DNA of 64,000 nt, from the IMG/VR virus record IMGVR_UViG_3300045988_121434, positions 32,001-96,000 of that record; one strand, written 5' to 3'. Position numbers and translations under genes: made by a program. Below, piece by piece: positions 15,384 to 25,676 of this stretch. How positions within the stretch are numbered: position 1 is the stretch's first letter; each line of letters starts with the position of its first letter. The notes beneath the pieces are model-generated. The model did no database searches, was not told the DNA's origin, and was given only the letters and a program-made list of their open reading frames with translations. The stretch is from a virus.

Positions 15384-15803
15384 TTACATTTTGAATTGTT
15401 TTTTCAAGAAAGTGTTGCTTTTAATAAGCTCTATCATTTCCTCCTCGGAGTGTATTCCTTCCCAAAATACTTCAGTATGCGACCCACGCCTTTCATCATC
15501 TACGGAGAACGGCACGGCATAGTTGGTATATACAACACCGTGATGTTTTATCAAGTGACGACCTGGATTCTTGTAGATGTTATTGATCCACGTCTCGTTG
15601 TCACATTCAGTCCATATTTTACATTCTTTGTGGGTAAGATTTTTGTCGATACCCATAGGATAGTGACCTGCCTTGCCGTTACTTTTGTTCCGAAATAAAT
15701 GATCTTTGCCATATCGTGATTGTTTTATAATTCGCCAAAGTCCAGTTTCATCTGTTGGAATTTCTCGGCATACCATTGTTTGTATGATTTGCCCGAAATC
15801 CAC
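15384..15803 (-). CDS. hypothetical protein (up to 139 aa; start uncertain)
   Basis: The ORF overlaps the 3' end of the upstream gene by 79 nt if the first ATG is used. Internal ATGs are available. Confidence 0.4.
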   Translation of the reverse strand: MDFGQIIQTMVCREIPTDETGLWRIIKQSRYGKDHLFRNKSNGKAGHYPMGIDKNLTHKECKIWTECDNETWINNIYKNPGRHLIKHHGVVYTNYAVPFSVDDERRGSHTEVFWEGIHSEEEMIELIKSNTFLKKQFKM

Positions 15804-16882
15804 CAGTCGTAGATATTTTCCGCTATTTCGTTTTCTTGCTCCTCCGTCAAGCGGTCAGAAGAGGAGCTGGACGAAAACCCTGGGGCTGCGATATTCCGTA
15901 CACCTCTGTTTTGTCTCCAATGTTCCGGGTCTGGATGTTTGATGTAGCCGCCTGTGTCCTGAGCAATCCTCTGACGTTTCTGAGAGGCATCCAGTCCTTG
16001 CGGATGTTCCACCAAATATATTCTCTTTTGAATACCCCCCCCGTTTCGGATAGCCTTAATAGCCTTTATCCAGTTGCGCTTGATATGCGGATAGCGTTCA
16101 TTCTCGATGCGTTTCTGCTTTGCAGACGACATAGGGCAGCCGATGCAGCCGATGCGATGCCATCCCTCGTCGTAGAGCGAGCAATGCGGAACCTTCACCA
16201 CATCGTTAAGAAACTCCCATACGTCCTTTTCCGTCCAATAAATGATGGGTGAAATAAGCAGACTCTCTTTGCCGTGGATGCAGCTTAATGTCTGTTCTTC
16301 ATCAGCATTAGTGATATTCACGCCTTGCTCCTTGGATTTACGGCGAGCACGTTTAGCCTTCAGCTCCTGACGATATTCGTCCAGACCGTCAAGATTGCCA
16401 CTAAACTTTCGGTTATTTATTTCTACCTCATTTCGTTTGGCTCGGCGTGCGCTCTCTGCCTTGCGGATGCCGATTAGCGTTACCTTGCCAGCACCTGCCG
16501 TTTCCTTATATTCAGCGCAACACCAGCGCACACGCATAGTGGGCAGAATCTGCTTTTCTACGGCAATCTGAAAGATAGATTTGCCAGGCTTTAGCAGTTC
16601 CACCTCGGGATAGTTCTTCTTAACGAAACGTATCACTTCGGGTGGATCAACGCTCGTAAGATTCATGTGACCGCGAAATTTCACCCCCGCCAACTGAGTC
16701 ATGTGGAAAAGAGCTTGAGAATCCTTTCCACCACTAAACGCCAAGTAATATCCATTCTCGGCATCATAGTTGAGGGCTATCTTCTCTGCTTTTTGCAGCA
16801 GCTCCACCGAGTGAAGCATCTTTTTTCGCAGTCCTTCCGAAGCTCGCTCCAATGCTTCGGCAAGCGTAATGTCTATATTCAT
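15725..16882 (-). CDS. PP-loop ATP pyrophosphatase / PAPS-reductase-family protein (IbrA-like, with Cys-rich C-terminal extension)
   Basis: It has the SGGKDS PP-loop (YLAFSGGKDSQ) and later RIGCIGCPM. It contains a G8 tract on the coding strand (plus-strand C8 at 16035-16042). Confidence 0.7.
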   Translation of the reverse strand: MNIDITLAEALERASEGLRKKMLHSVELLQKAEKIALNYDAENGYYLAFSGGKDSQALFHMTQLAGVKFRGHMNLTSVDPPEVIRFVKKNYPEVELLKPGKSIFQIAVEKQILPTMRVRWCCAEYKETAGAGKVTLIGIRKAESARRAKRNEVEINNRKFSGNLDGLDEYRQELKAKRARRKSKEQGVNITNADEEQTLSCIHGKESLLISPIIYWTEKDVWEFLNDVVKVPHCSLYDEGWHRIGCIGCPMSSAKQKRIENERYPHIKRNWIKAIKAIRNGGGIQKRIYLVEHPQGLDASQKRQRIAQDTGGYIKHPDPEHWRQNRGVRNIAAPGFSSSSSSDRLTEEQENEIAENIYDWWISGKSYKQWYAEKFQQMKLDFGEL

Positions 16883-16909
16883 GTCTATTCTTAAAAATAT
16901 TGTTGTTAT

Positions 16910-17929
16910 TTATATTCCGTACTTCTTCAGATACCCCTCACACTTGAATCCCTTTCTTGGCATGAAGTCCTTGAAGTCGGTGGTGCAGAATATCATTCGC
17001 TTGTTGCACCATCGGGCCATATCCTTTTGCCATTCGGGGATGACGTGATTTGGATTTGTAGGGTTGCGGTATGGTTGTGCGTAGGCATACACGGCTCTGC
17101 CTTCATGGTTCTTGCGGAAGCGTTGCAGTCGCTCCCACCAGTAGTGTAGACGGTGGTAACATTCTCGGAAGTCGTTCTTTCCGCCTATCATGGTATAGAG
17201 AAAGTATTCGCCACGGAATCCTGCATCATTGATTAGCTTCATGGCTCGTTCACATTCCGCTATCTGTGCCGTGGTGTCGCAACCGAAGCGGATGCGAGAG
17301 TCTATCCATTTCACTTTGCCTAACAGCTCGGCATATTCGGGAGTAACAAGCCGTGCGTCCATCGCCTGATTGAAGTCGATATGCAGACCGAGGTCGATTA
17401 TCTTCTGAAACTGCTTCTTGGCATAGTCGCCCGCCGCAAGAATGTTGTTGTCCATCAGCACAACGTGCGTTTTGCCCTCGATGGCTATCTCCTCTATATC
17501 CATGTACGGGCGGATGAACCCTTCCTTCTTTGGCACCACACACCAGAAACACTTGTTGGGACAGCCCTCGGTCAGTTTGCCGTAAGCATGGTTCTTTGGC
17601 ACCCATGGGAACAACTCGTATAGCGGTTGCAGTCGGTCTATTTCGTCGGGAAGACGCTTATAGATGTCGTAGCCAGTGCCACCCTTCTCCAGTCGGTCGT
17701 ATGAGAACTGGCGAAAGTCGATGTCTGGCGAAAAGTTAAAAACCTTGCTGGCATACAGTATGTCGTAATGAGCATGACAGAAAAGGTCGATAGGTTGCGC
17801 CCATTCCACTTCATCGCCTTGCATCGTGTGTCAACGGGCAATCTTGCCGAGAGCCACGTTAGGGTATATCGTAGCTCCCCATTTCTTTTTGCCGTGTCGT
17901 CCGTCCACGTCTATGAGTCCTATTTTCAT
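16910..17929 (-). CDS. radical-SAM enzyme interrupted by an in-frame TGA at codon 33
   Basis: CPNKCFWC is a CxxxCxxC radical-SAM cluster motif. The track ORF 16910..17824 starts at an internal Met. The same frame continues upstream as MKIGLIDVDGRHGKKKWGATIYPNVALGKIAR-TGA-HTMQGDEVEW. Confidence 0.65.
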
Positions 17930-17951
17930 CTCTATTCTGTTTTGTTTTCAC

Positions 17952-18758
17952 TCATTCCGCATCATCCGTCTTTTCCGAATCCGTCAATTCGCTTTCTTTC
18001 ATGTACCCGTGTCTAATCACATCCTTATCGTCCTTCTGCTCCATGTACTCGAAGTAGTCCGGCTCAGTGTCTTTGCCTACAGCCTGCAGGGATTCCTCTT
18101 CGGCTATATCCCGCATATCCTTTGCCGTAAGACCATACTTGCGGGCCAGACGCAGCTTCTCCTCCTCGGTGTAGTTGATGCGGTCGCGCTTCACGATGCT
18201 CACATCCTGCGTGATGGCAATACGGCTCATATCCGGCATCTCATCGGTAGCGTCCTTCTCTTCCTGAAAGTTGCCATACACGTTGGCTAAGGCTTGCATA
18301 CCCTTATCCACCGCACGATCGTTGTTTTGCTGCTTGCCCGTGCGTATCAACCATTCGGCAGACGAGAGGTACATCGCCTTGTGGCGCGGACTCTCATCGG
18401 TGGTGAAAAAGCGTATCAAGTAGTTGCACACCGTCACATCGTTATTCAACTCCGTCACGGTGCGCGGCTTGATGTTTCCCTCATCATCAATGGTGATATG
18501 CAACGCAAGCACCATGTCTTGCGCCTCTTTGTTGCCCTGTGCCGCCTGATTCATAAACAGCTCGTAGTCGCGTCGAGCAATGTTGCGGCAGACGGTACGC
18601 GGATCAATGTCCTTGTTTTGAGTCCATCGTTTGTAAAACTCGGCGCATACCTGCATACGGTAGCGTTGCTCCAGCTTGGGGAAAGCCGTTTCAATGCTTG
18701 TGCCGTAGGATAGCCATTTGTTGATGCGGGCAAGTGTATTTTCGGTTATTGCTGACAT
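17952..18758 (-). CDS. hypothetical protein (268 aa), first gene of the minus-strand operon
   Basis: ORF with an acidic C-terminus. A small-terminase role is possible from position only. Confidence 0.45.
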   Translation of the reverse strand: MSAITENTLARINKWLSYGTSIETAFPKLEQRYRMQVCAEFYKRWTQNKDIDPRTVCRNIARRDYELFMNQAAQGNKEAQDMVLALHITIDDEGNIKPRTVTELNNDVTVCNYLIRFFTTDESPRHKAMYLSSAEWLIRTGKQQNNDRAVDKGMQALANVYGNFQEEKDATDEMPDMSRIAITQDVSIVKRDRINYTEEEKLRLARKYGLTAKDMRDIAEEESLQAVGKDTEPDYFEYMEQKDDKDVIRHGYMKESELTDSEKTDDAE

Positions 18759-18781
18759 AATAGTTTCTTATTTTTCTTCTC

Positions 18782-18789
18782 CAAAGTTA
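18782..18789 (-). promoter_or_regulatory. Bacteroides-type -7 box (TAACTTTG) for the minus-strand operon
   Basis: The reverse complement of CAAAGTTA matches TAnnTTTG, ~25 nt upstream of the start at 18758. Confidence 0.4.
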
Positions 18790-18867
18790 CTTAATTCACA
18801 ATCCCCCATAAGGACAACCCCCGAACCCCTCACTCTTGTTTGTCCTTACTCCGCACAAGAAACACCG

Positions 18868-18875
18868 TACCTTTG
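18868..18875 (+). promoter_or_regulatory. Bacteroides-type -7 box (TACCTTTG) for the plus-strand tail operon
   Basis: It matches TAnnTTTG, 55 nt upstream of the ATG at 18930, in a divergent intergenic region. Confidence 0.4.
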
Positions 18876-18929
18876 TTGTATAATCAAAACAGGATAACAA
18901 CACAAAAACAAAACTAAGGAGGAGCAGAA

Positions 18930-19508
18930 ATGACCATAAGCAACATCCTTGAACACTGGGCAACGATATACAAGCCCCTGTCGCACAAACCCGAAAGTGG
19001 ACGATTGGAAGATCAGTCGTTTTTCCGCATACGCTATATCGACCTCGAAAACATTTTTTCGCGTAATGCAAATGTTATCCATTCGCCTTGTATGCTGCAA
19101 AGCGTTACCACCACGGGCGAACTCCGCGACGCAAAGAAAGTGGAGGTGTCGCACCAGGTGTGGATGCTATCCAAGGTGAAAGACTCGGCACAGACGCTTG
19201 GCCGTTTCGACGGATTGAAGTTGGAACAGGCGGCCAACGATCTTGTGGAGTATTGCGAGGATTTGGTGTCGTGGTTGCTGGAGGTGAAGCGCACGGGAAA
19301 GTGTCCCAGAACCAACCGATCGTTTGCCGACGACGCGCAACTGCTTGCCGAACTGAAGGCGATTGACGCAGACAGCATTAGTTATGGCGTGGTGCCCGAC
19401 CTCTATTCGGGGCAGTGGCTTATCGCCGGCGTTGACTGGCGCAGCACCAAGCCGCTCTATCGCTTTGGTTGTAACGGCAACGGCAAATACATCACGTCTA
19501 CGGAATAA
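18930..19508 (+). CDS. hypothetical structural-module protein (192 aa)
   Basis: ORF upstream of the tape measure. Confidence 0.5.
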   Translation: MTISNILEHWATIYKPLSHKPESGRLEDQSFFRIRYIDLENIFSRNANVIHSPCMLQSVTTTGELRDAKKVEVSHQVWMLSKVKDSAQTLGRFDGLKLEQAANDLVEYCEDLVSWLLEVKRTGKCPRTNRSFADDAQLLAELKAIDADSISYGVVPDLYSGQWLIAGVDWRSTKPLYRFGCNGNGKYITSTE

Positions 19509-19536
19509 GCGACATAATTGTATCACGACAACGCTA

Positions 19537-19573
19537 CGCCCTATCCTTTATATATATAAGCGAGGGTAGGGCG
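19537..19573 (+). terminator. hairpin (possible attenuator/terminator)
   Basis: CGCCCTATCC pairs with GGGTAGGGCG (one mismatch) around an AT loop. The T-run is weak. Confidence 0.3.
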
Positions 19574-19601
19574 GTTGTCTTTCATGTAAGGAGAAAGGTA
19601 T

Positions 19602-20129
19602 ATGGGTAAGCCTATCAAAAATCCGATGTTCCCTTTTAGTAGGGTAGCGGCACGTTTCTTCCAACAGACCATCAATCAGTTGGAGGTGAACACCATGACA
19701 CAGTGCATCTATCCCAAGGAGGTGTATAATGGCTATGCCGTGGTGAATCAGAAGCGCAAGGAAATGGGAATGTGGCACTCCACGGGCGAAGGTGTGAAGT
19801 CGTTTGCTGGAAAGATTATTGAAGCCGGAGAAAGCGGCAAGGTAACAATGGCTTTCAACTTCAACGAGTATATGCGATTTGCTGAAATGGGTGTCGGTAT
19901 GGGTACGAAATATGAGGATGTGCAGAACACGAAGAAGGCTCGCTTTCAGTCGCGCTATATCAGCAAGTGGAACAGAAAGGAGGGAAGGTCGCATCGCCCG
20001 GCCATCATGATGGAACTTCGACACCTGCAACAGCGCATAGCCAACTATCTTGTGGCCTTCTATGGCTACGAGGGTCAGGTGCGCATGATCAATACCTTTG
20101 AGGAGTGCAGTCCTATCAAAATCATTTAA
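19602..20129 (+). CDS. hypothetical protein (175 aa) upstream of tape measure
   Basis: ORF. Its position is compatible with a tail assembly chaperone, but no frameshift site was seen. Confidence 0.45.
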   Translation: MGKPIKNPMFPFSRVAARFFQQTINQLEVNTMTQCIYPKEVYNGYAVVNQKRKEMGMWHSTGEGVKSFAGKIIEAGESGKVTMAFNFNEYMRFAEMGVGMGTKYEDVQNTKKARFQSRYISKWNRKEGRSHRPAIMMELRHLQQRIANYLVAFYGYEGQVRMINTFEECSPIKII

Positions 20130-20153
20130 CACGAAAACAACACAAATACGAAT

Positions 20154-23100
20154 ATGGCAACAGCTAAAAAAACTCAAATCGTCATTACTGCCAATGCAGC
20201 CGTAGCCAAAAAGGTGATGGACGAACTGCAACAGCGCATTGACGGCATCAAGCAGAAAATGGCTGGTCTTGATGTTACTACCAAGCAAGGACAGCGGGAG
20301 TTTAAGAAACTGGAGAAAGAACTGGTTTCGTATAACTCGGCCGCATCACAAAACGTAACCAACACGGAGCGTATCAGCAAGGCAATGAAAAACTTATCGG
20401 GCACGTCGCTCAACGAACTGAAGCGCGCTCTTTCGGCTGCAAAAAGCGAAATCGGCAAGATGTCTGCCAACGACAAGGGACTGAAACAGATGCAGGGCAA
20501 CGTAAAGGCTCTGCAAGGACAGATAGATAAGCTGACTGGCTCTGTGCATAAGCAGGGTGGGGCATGGCAGACCGCTATGAAGAACCTTACTGCATACGTC
20601 GGTCTTTTTCAAGTTTTCAATGCTATCAAAAATACGGTTACTTCTGCTATCAAGAAGAACTTTGAGTTTTCCAGCTCTCTGACCGATATTCGTAAAGTCA
20701 GTGGCTTGGCGATGGAAGATGTCAACAAGCTTGCTACGGAGTTGGCTAAGATTGATACCAGGACTTCTATCGACGGACTCGCCCAGCTCGCCTATCAGGG
20801 CGCAAAACTCGGTATGGGTAAGTATGGCGTTGAAGGTATGAAGCAGTTTGTAGCTGCTGCCGACCAGATCAATGTAGCCATCGGCGAGGAGATGGGAGAG
20901 GAGGCACTGCCTGCTCTTTCTAAGTTGGTGGAAACAATGGGTCTTATCCCGAAGATGGGTATCGAAAAAGCGATGCTTGCTACGGGGTCCGCCATGTTCA
21001 AGTTGGCATCTACCTCTACGGCCACATCTGGCAATATCGTAGAGTTTGCCAAGCGACTAACGGGTGTATCTCGTACTGCAGGTATCACTACCGACCAGTT
21101 GTTGGCACTTGGTTCTGCATCCGACTCCCTTTTTCTGATGCCGGAAGTAAGTGCTACGGCGATGTCTAAGTTCATTGTAGCCTTGCAGAAGAACCATAAC
21201 CTTATCGAAAAGGATTTGGGTATTCAGCAGGGTACCATCAAGAATATGTATGCCGCAGGTCATGCAATGGATGCTATCGTGATGGTTCTTGAAAAGATGC
21301 GAGATAAGGGTAACATGAATGCCCTGGGTGGTATCTTTAAGGATTTGGGTTCTGATGGCCAGCGACTCGTTACCGCTATGGTAACTATGTCGAAGAACGT
21401 AGATGTGCTGAAGGATCATCTTTACGAGTCGCAAGAGGCATTCGAGGAAGCTACCGCCGTAACAAATGAGTATAAGATGCAGCAGCAAAGTGCCATCGGT
21501 ATTCTCGATAGAGCCAATAACCTTTGGGAGAAGGCTTTTGTCAATCCTGATGGTGTGGAAAGCGTAAAGGCTATGGCACAGGCATGGTACGATATGTCGC
21601 AGATGATATTGCAAAGCCCGGTATTCAAGAATACACTTCAGGCAGCTCTGTGGAGTGTGATTACTGCTTGCAAGGTTTTTGTAACACTTCTCCCTCTTAT
21701 CGCTAATTATGTGGCTGGTCTTGGCATTTATAAAGCCGTCACGTTTCTTTGGGAATTAGGTAAGGCCATAAAAGCTGCTGCAACGGCTCAAATCGCATTC
21801 AACTCTGCTGCAAAAGTAAATCCTTATGTAGCCATTGCAAGTGCGATTGTTACCGCCGTAGGTGTGGTTTGGTCTTTTGTGAAAGCGGATAAAGAAGCTG
21901 CTGCTGCGGAAGCAGAGGCAGCACGCAAAGCTAATGCCTGGAAAGACAAGTTGAAGGAGGCGCAATTACAAACCGATACGCTTACCCGAAAGCTCCACTC
22001 TTATAAAACAACCCTCGAGGCCCTGAATGTATCGCAGAATGCCCGTAATACTCAGATAGCCCGATTCAATCGCGATTTCCGTCAGTATATCTCTAAGTTG
22101 GGTATCGAAATCAAGAGCGTGGGCGATTTGAAGAAGCATTATTCAGAGTTGGCGCAGGAAATTCAGCGTGCTACTTATTATCGTCTTCGTGAGGAAGCCA
22201 AGCAGAATGTAATGCCATCCTATCAGATGGATCGTCTGAACGCAGCTAACCGTATCAAGAAGGAACTTGATAAGCTCGGTTTGTTTGCAGGTGGTTTCAC
22301 CCAGAAGACCGTGATGGATATGTTCAATAAGGGTGCGGGCGCAGGTTGGATATGGCAGCAGATTATCAAGGCAAACGAAAAAGATGCCAAGCAGAATAGT
22401 TTCCGTTTCAACATGAAGACCGGAAATTATACCTATATAGATAAAAATGGAAAGACTGTTAAGGTTAACCCTATTGGCTACAAAGGATTGCTGTCTTCGC
22501 TCGCTCATTTTCAGAACGCAACCAAGCGTGAAACGAATAAGGATAAGGAAATCAATGATTATTTCAATCAAGTAGTTAATCTTGATGGCTATACTCCTTG
22601 GGTAGAAGATACTCCTGGTACACTCGAAAATGAGGCACCCGATAAGGATGCTATCGCTGCTGCAAAGCAGGAGGAGCGTGATCGAAAACGTGCTTGGCGC
22701 GAGGAATTGAAGCAGAAGCAAGACCAGGCGAAGGCTATCATGGACGACGTAGATAACTACTACGACCGTCAGATTAATGCTAAGTTGGCCCAAGCTATAT
22801 CTCTTAATATGGATGAAACCGAGCAGAAGCAGTTTGTTCTTTCTTTGAAGCAAAACAAAGAAACAGCCCGTTCGCAGGTGCGCCTTGCTGTTGCAGGAAA
22901 ACCGAACAAGTGGGAGGATGCAAAGAAGATGATGGTTGCTGATAAGGTGGAACAAGCGGACGAGACGGGTATAGACCTTTCAAAGGATCTGCTTGACGGT
23001 ATATTGAACAACAACATTGAAGGTCTGCGTAAACTTATGGCGGATTTGGGCAAAAATTTAGGCATGTCCATGAACTCCATCACAGCGCAGATTTTTGCTA

Positions 23101-25526
23101 AAGCCACTCGCAGCGAGCAGGAACTTCTGAAGATGCAACTCAAGCAGCAGGAGGCCCGTCGTAAGATTGTAATGGAGCATGATTATACGGGCGTTGTGCA
23201 GCAGAACTCGTATGACAACTTCAACGAAATGGGGTATGCCGCGCCTACGAAGGAGGAGACCACTGTCACAAAAAAGATGGTTGACGGCAAGAAGGTTCTT
23301 GATACGTCAGCTTTTGACAAGCGTAGGAAAGCCATCAAGGACATGTACGAGACAGCTCGCAAGAGTCTTGCCCAGCTCTATACCATTGATGTTTCAACAA
23401 CGGATGGCAAAGGCGTTTTGATGAAAATGCTGTTCGGGAATGACCCTGACGGTATGGCAGCTCGAATAAAGGAGTCGTTGGGCAAAAACGAAGAGAGCTG
23501 GAAGGCTTTTTATCTGAACCTTATCCAGTACTCGGATGAGTATGCCGCAGCCGAGAAGAAGAAGTATGATGAAGCTAAGAAGATCACTGATTTCTGGTGG
23601 TCGTCAAACAAGCGCAATCTTGCCCAACAAGAACGCATACGCAAAATACAGAATGAGAGCAATCTTTTCGGCAAGCGTACAAACCTTCTCTCTAATCTCG
23701 GTCTCGCCAATCTTACAGCCGACCCTGAGATAGAGTTGATGAAGGCCCGTATGCAAGCTGCTGAAGACTATTACGCTTTTGTGGAACGTAATACAAAGAA
23801 CAAGCAACTCATTGACGAAGCCGAGCGAGCTCGCCAGGAGGCAGAGCTGGCTTACGCCAACCAAATGGCAACCGCCATGAGGTCGCGCCTCTCACAGATG
23901 AAGGAACTTGTGCAGCCTATTGAGGATTTCGGTGCAGCCGTTGGTCAGGCACTTGCCGACATGAAAAACGATGCCGACAGCGCGAACGAGGCAATCAAGA
24001 ATGCTCTCAAATCTATGCTTGAGTCGTGGGGTAAGATGGCTCTCAACGATGTGAACACACAGATGTGGAAAGCCATCAATGATGCAGGAGCGAAGAAGGG
24101 TCGCAAGGATGCGCAGCCTGACATACAAGCCGCACGCGATAATGCCAAAAACAACTACACAGACTTTTCTGGTATCGATTGGCATAATTTTGGTACGGAG
24201 AATAGTCCTTTGTGGGTACGCTGGGCAGGCGACCATTATGAGGACAAGTCGGGTTATGCAGTCTATACCAAGGAGGAAGGCACACCCCTGCCTAATCCAG
24301 ATGGCAGTACACCTCAGGCAAACGAGCCGCCAGCCGCCTGGAAAAAGCGTCATCCCGATGGAACGATGGATGACTATAATCGTGAGGTGCAAGGAATAGC
24401 CGGACAGACAGGCGCGGCCGTTGCCGATGTTGCCACTGGTCAGTCGTCACTCGCTGAAGCTGGTGCAGGCGTGCTTGCCGCTGGTGCAAATGCCGCGCTT
24501 AACGCTCCTATTGGTGGAAAGTCGAGCGAAGCCAAGGAGAAGGTAAAGCAACTTAAAGAAGAGAGAAAGCACCAAAGGGAACTTTCCAAGGAGGTAAAGA
24601 GGGGTTCCAAGGAACGCGAGAAAGAAAACAAGAAAGGTGTCGATAACATTACAAAGGACTCGTCAGAAGCCGGCAAGGAGCAAACGAAATTGGAAGAGGT
24701 GAAGCAGAACACCACCAACGCCATTGTTGAAGCTGGTTTAAACACTGCCTTCCAAAAGAAACAGGAGAATGATGCTGCCGTTGTTGAGCAGAGCAAGGAC
24801 ACGGCACAAGCCGAAAATACATTCTCTATCGTTGGCGCTATCGGCAAGTGTTTTGAGTTTCTTGGCCCTATCGCTGGTCCTATCGCCGCCGCTTCTGTCA
24901 TGGCTATCCTTACTGGCTTGATGCAGTGGGGTTTGAATGCGGCCTTTGGCAGCAAGAATAAAAAGAGCAGTTCAAGCACCAGAAATACCAAACTCGTATC
25001 TGGTATGCTTACCTACGACGATGGTAACGTGCAAGACCTGAAGCCGTTTGTCGCCGACAATGGTGAGGTATATTGGGCGGAGGAGCAAAGCGGTGTACCG
25101 CAATCCGGCGTAAACCTCCTAACCAGGCCAACCGCCACCACCATCAACGGGCAGCCATCTCTCGTAGCCGAGCGTGGTCCCGAACTTGTAATAGGCCGTG
25201 AAACCACCAAGGCTATGATGATGAACAATCCGTCCCTCCTGAAAGCCCTTGTCAATTACGACCGCAACTATTCGGGGCGCAACGCGGCCCGCAGAGTATT
25301 TGATGAAGGCAACATTGGCGAGGTTGTCGGTAATCTTTCGTCTGGTGCGTCAGCGACAGACGAGCTTATAAGTAACGCCACCGCAAGCAATGCGGCTCTC
25401 CTGCAAGCCGTAACCGCACTCCTTGCGCGTCTTAACGAACCTATCTCGGCCAAGATTGATATGTATGGTCGTGGCAACCTCTACGACAGCATGACAAAGG
25501 CTAACCAGTTTATGAAGAACAAGTAA
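20154..25526 (+). CDS. tail tape measure protein (1790 aa)
   Basis: It is very long and Ala/Lys/Glu-rich with coiled-coil stretches and internal hydrophobic segments. It has a TP901-type core-like region (IVEFAKRLTGVSRTAGITTDQLLALGSA). Confidence 0.8.
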   Translation: MATAKKTQIVITANAAVAKKVMDELQQRIDGIKQKMAGLDVTTKQGQREFKKLEKELVSYNSAASQNVTNTERISKAMKNLSGTSLNELKRALSAAKSEIGKMSANDKGLKQMQGNVKALQGQIDKLTGSVHKQGGAWQTAMKNLTAYVGLFQVFNAIKNTVTSAIKKNFEFSSSLTDIRKVSGLAMEDVNKLATELAKIDTRTSIDGLAQLAYQGAKLGMGKYGVEGMKQFVAAADQINVAIGEEMGEEALPALSKLVETMGLIPKMGIEKAMLATGSAMFKLASTSTATSGNIVEFAKRLTGVSRTAGITTDQLLALGSASDSLFLMPEVSATAMSKFIVALQKNHNLIEKDLGIQQGTIKNMYAAGHAMDAIVMVLEKMRDKGNMNALGGIFKDLGSDGQRLVTAMVTMSKNVDVLKDHLYESQEAFEEATAVTNEYKMQQQSAIGILDRANNLWEKAFVNPDGVESVKAMAQAWYDMSQMILQSPVFKNTLQAALWSVITACKVFVTLLPLIANYVAGLGIYKAVTFLWELGKAIKAAATAQIAFNSAAKVNPYVAIASAIVTAVGVVWSFVKADKEAAAAEAEAARKANAWKDKLKEAQLQTDTLTRKLHSYKTTLEALNVSQNARNTQIARFNRDFRQYISKLGIEIKSVGDLKKHYSELAQEIQRATYYRLREEAKQNVMPSYQMDRLNAANRIKKELDKLGLFAGGFTQKTVMDMFNKGAGAGWIWQQIIKANEKDAKQNSFRFNMKTGNYTYIDKNGKTVKVNPIGYKGLLSSLAHFQNATKRETNKDKEINDYFNQVVNLDGYTPWVEDTPGTLENEAPDKDAIAAAKQEERDRKRAWREELKQKQDQAKAIMDDVDNYYDRQINAKLAQAISLNMDETEQKQFVLSLKQNKETARSQVRLAVAGKPNKWEDAKKMMVADKVEQADETGIDLSKDLLDGILNNNIEGLRKLMADLGKNLGMSMNSITAQIFAKATRSEQELLKMQLKQQEARRKIVMEHDYTGVVQQNSYDNFNEMGYAAPTKEETTVTKKMVDGKKVLDTSAFDKRRKAIKDMYETARKSLAQLYTIDVSTTDGKGVLMKMLFGNDPDGMAARIKESLGKNEESWKAFYLNLIQYSDEYAAAEKKKYDEAKKITDFWWSSNKRNLAQQERIRKIQNESNLFGKRTNLLSNLGLANLTADPEIELMKARMQAAEDYYAFVERNTKNKQLIDEAERARQEAELAYANQMATAMRSRLSQMKELVQPIEDFGAAVGQALADMKNDADSANEAIKNALKSMLESWGKMALNDVNTQMWKAINDAGAKKGRKDAQPDIQAARDNAKNNYTDFSGIDWHNFGTENSPLWVRWAGDHYEDKSGYAVYTKEEGTPLPNPDGSTPQANEPPAAWKKRHPDGTMDDYNREVQGIAGQTGAAVADVATGQSSLAEAGAGVLAAGANAALNAPIGGKSSEAKEKVKQLKEERKHQRELSKEVKRGSKEREKENKKGVDNITKDSSEAGKEQTKLEEVKQNTTNAIVEAGLNTAFQKKQENDAAVVEQSKDTAQAENTFSIVGAIGKCFEFLGPIAGPIAAASVMAILTGLMQWGLNAAFGSKNKKSSSSTRNTKLVSGMLTYDDGNVQDLKPFVADNGEVYWAEEQSGVPQSGVNLLTRPTATTINGQPSLVAERGPELVIGRETTKAMMMNNPSLLKALVNYDRNYSGRNAARRVFDEGNIGEVVGNLSSGASATDELISNATASNAALLQAVTALLARLNEPISAKIDMYGRGNLYDSMTKANQFMKNK

Positions 25527-25676
25527 CGCTTGTTTCTTTACCTTGTTTAGAAACGTCTGTTCCGTCTGTTTCATCTGGTGACAATAAACATATACCATCG
25601 GATGATGTAGATGAGACAGACGCTTTCCTATTGGTATTCTTTCCTGGAGGTGACGTCCGAGTGCATTTCTCCATTT

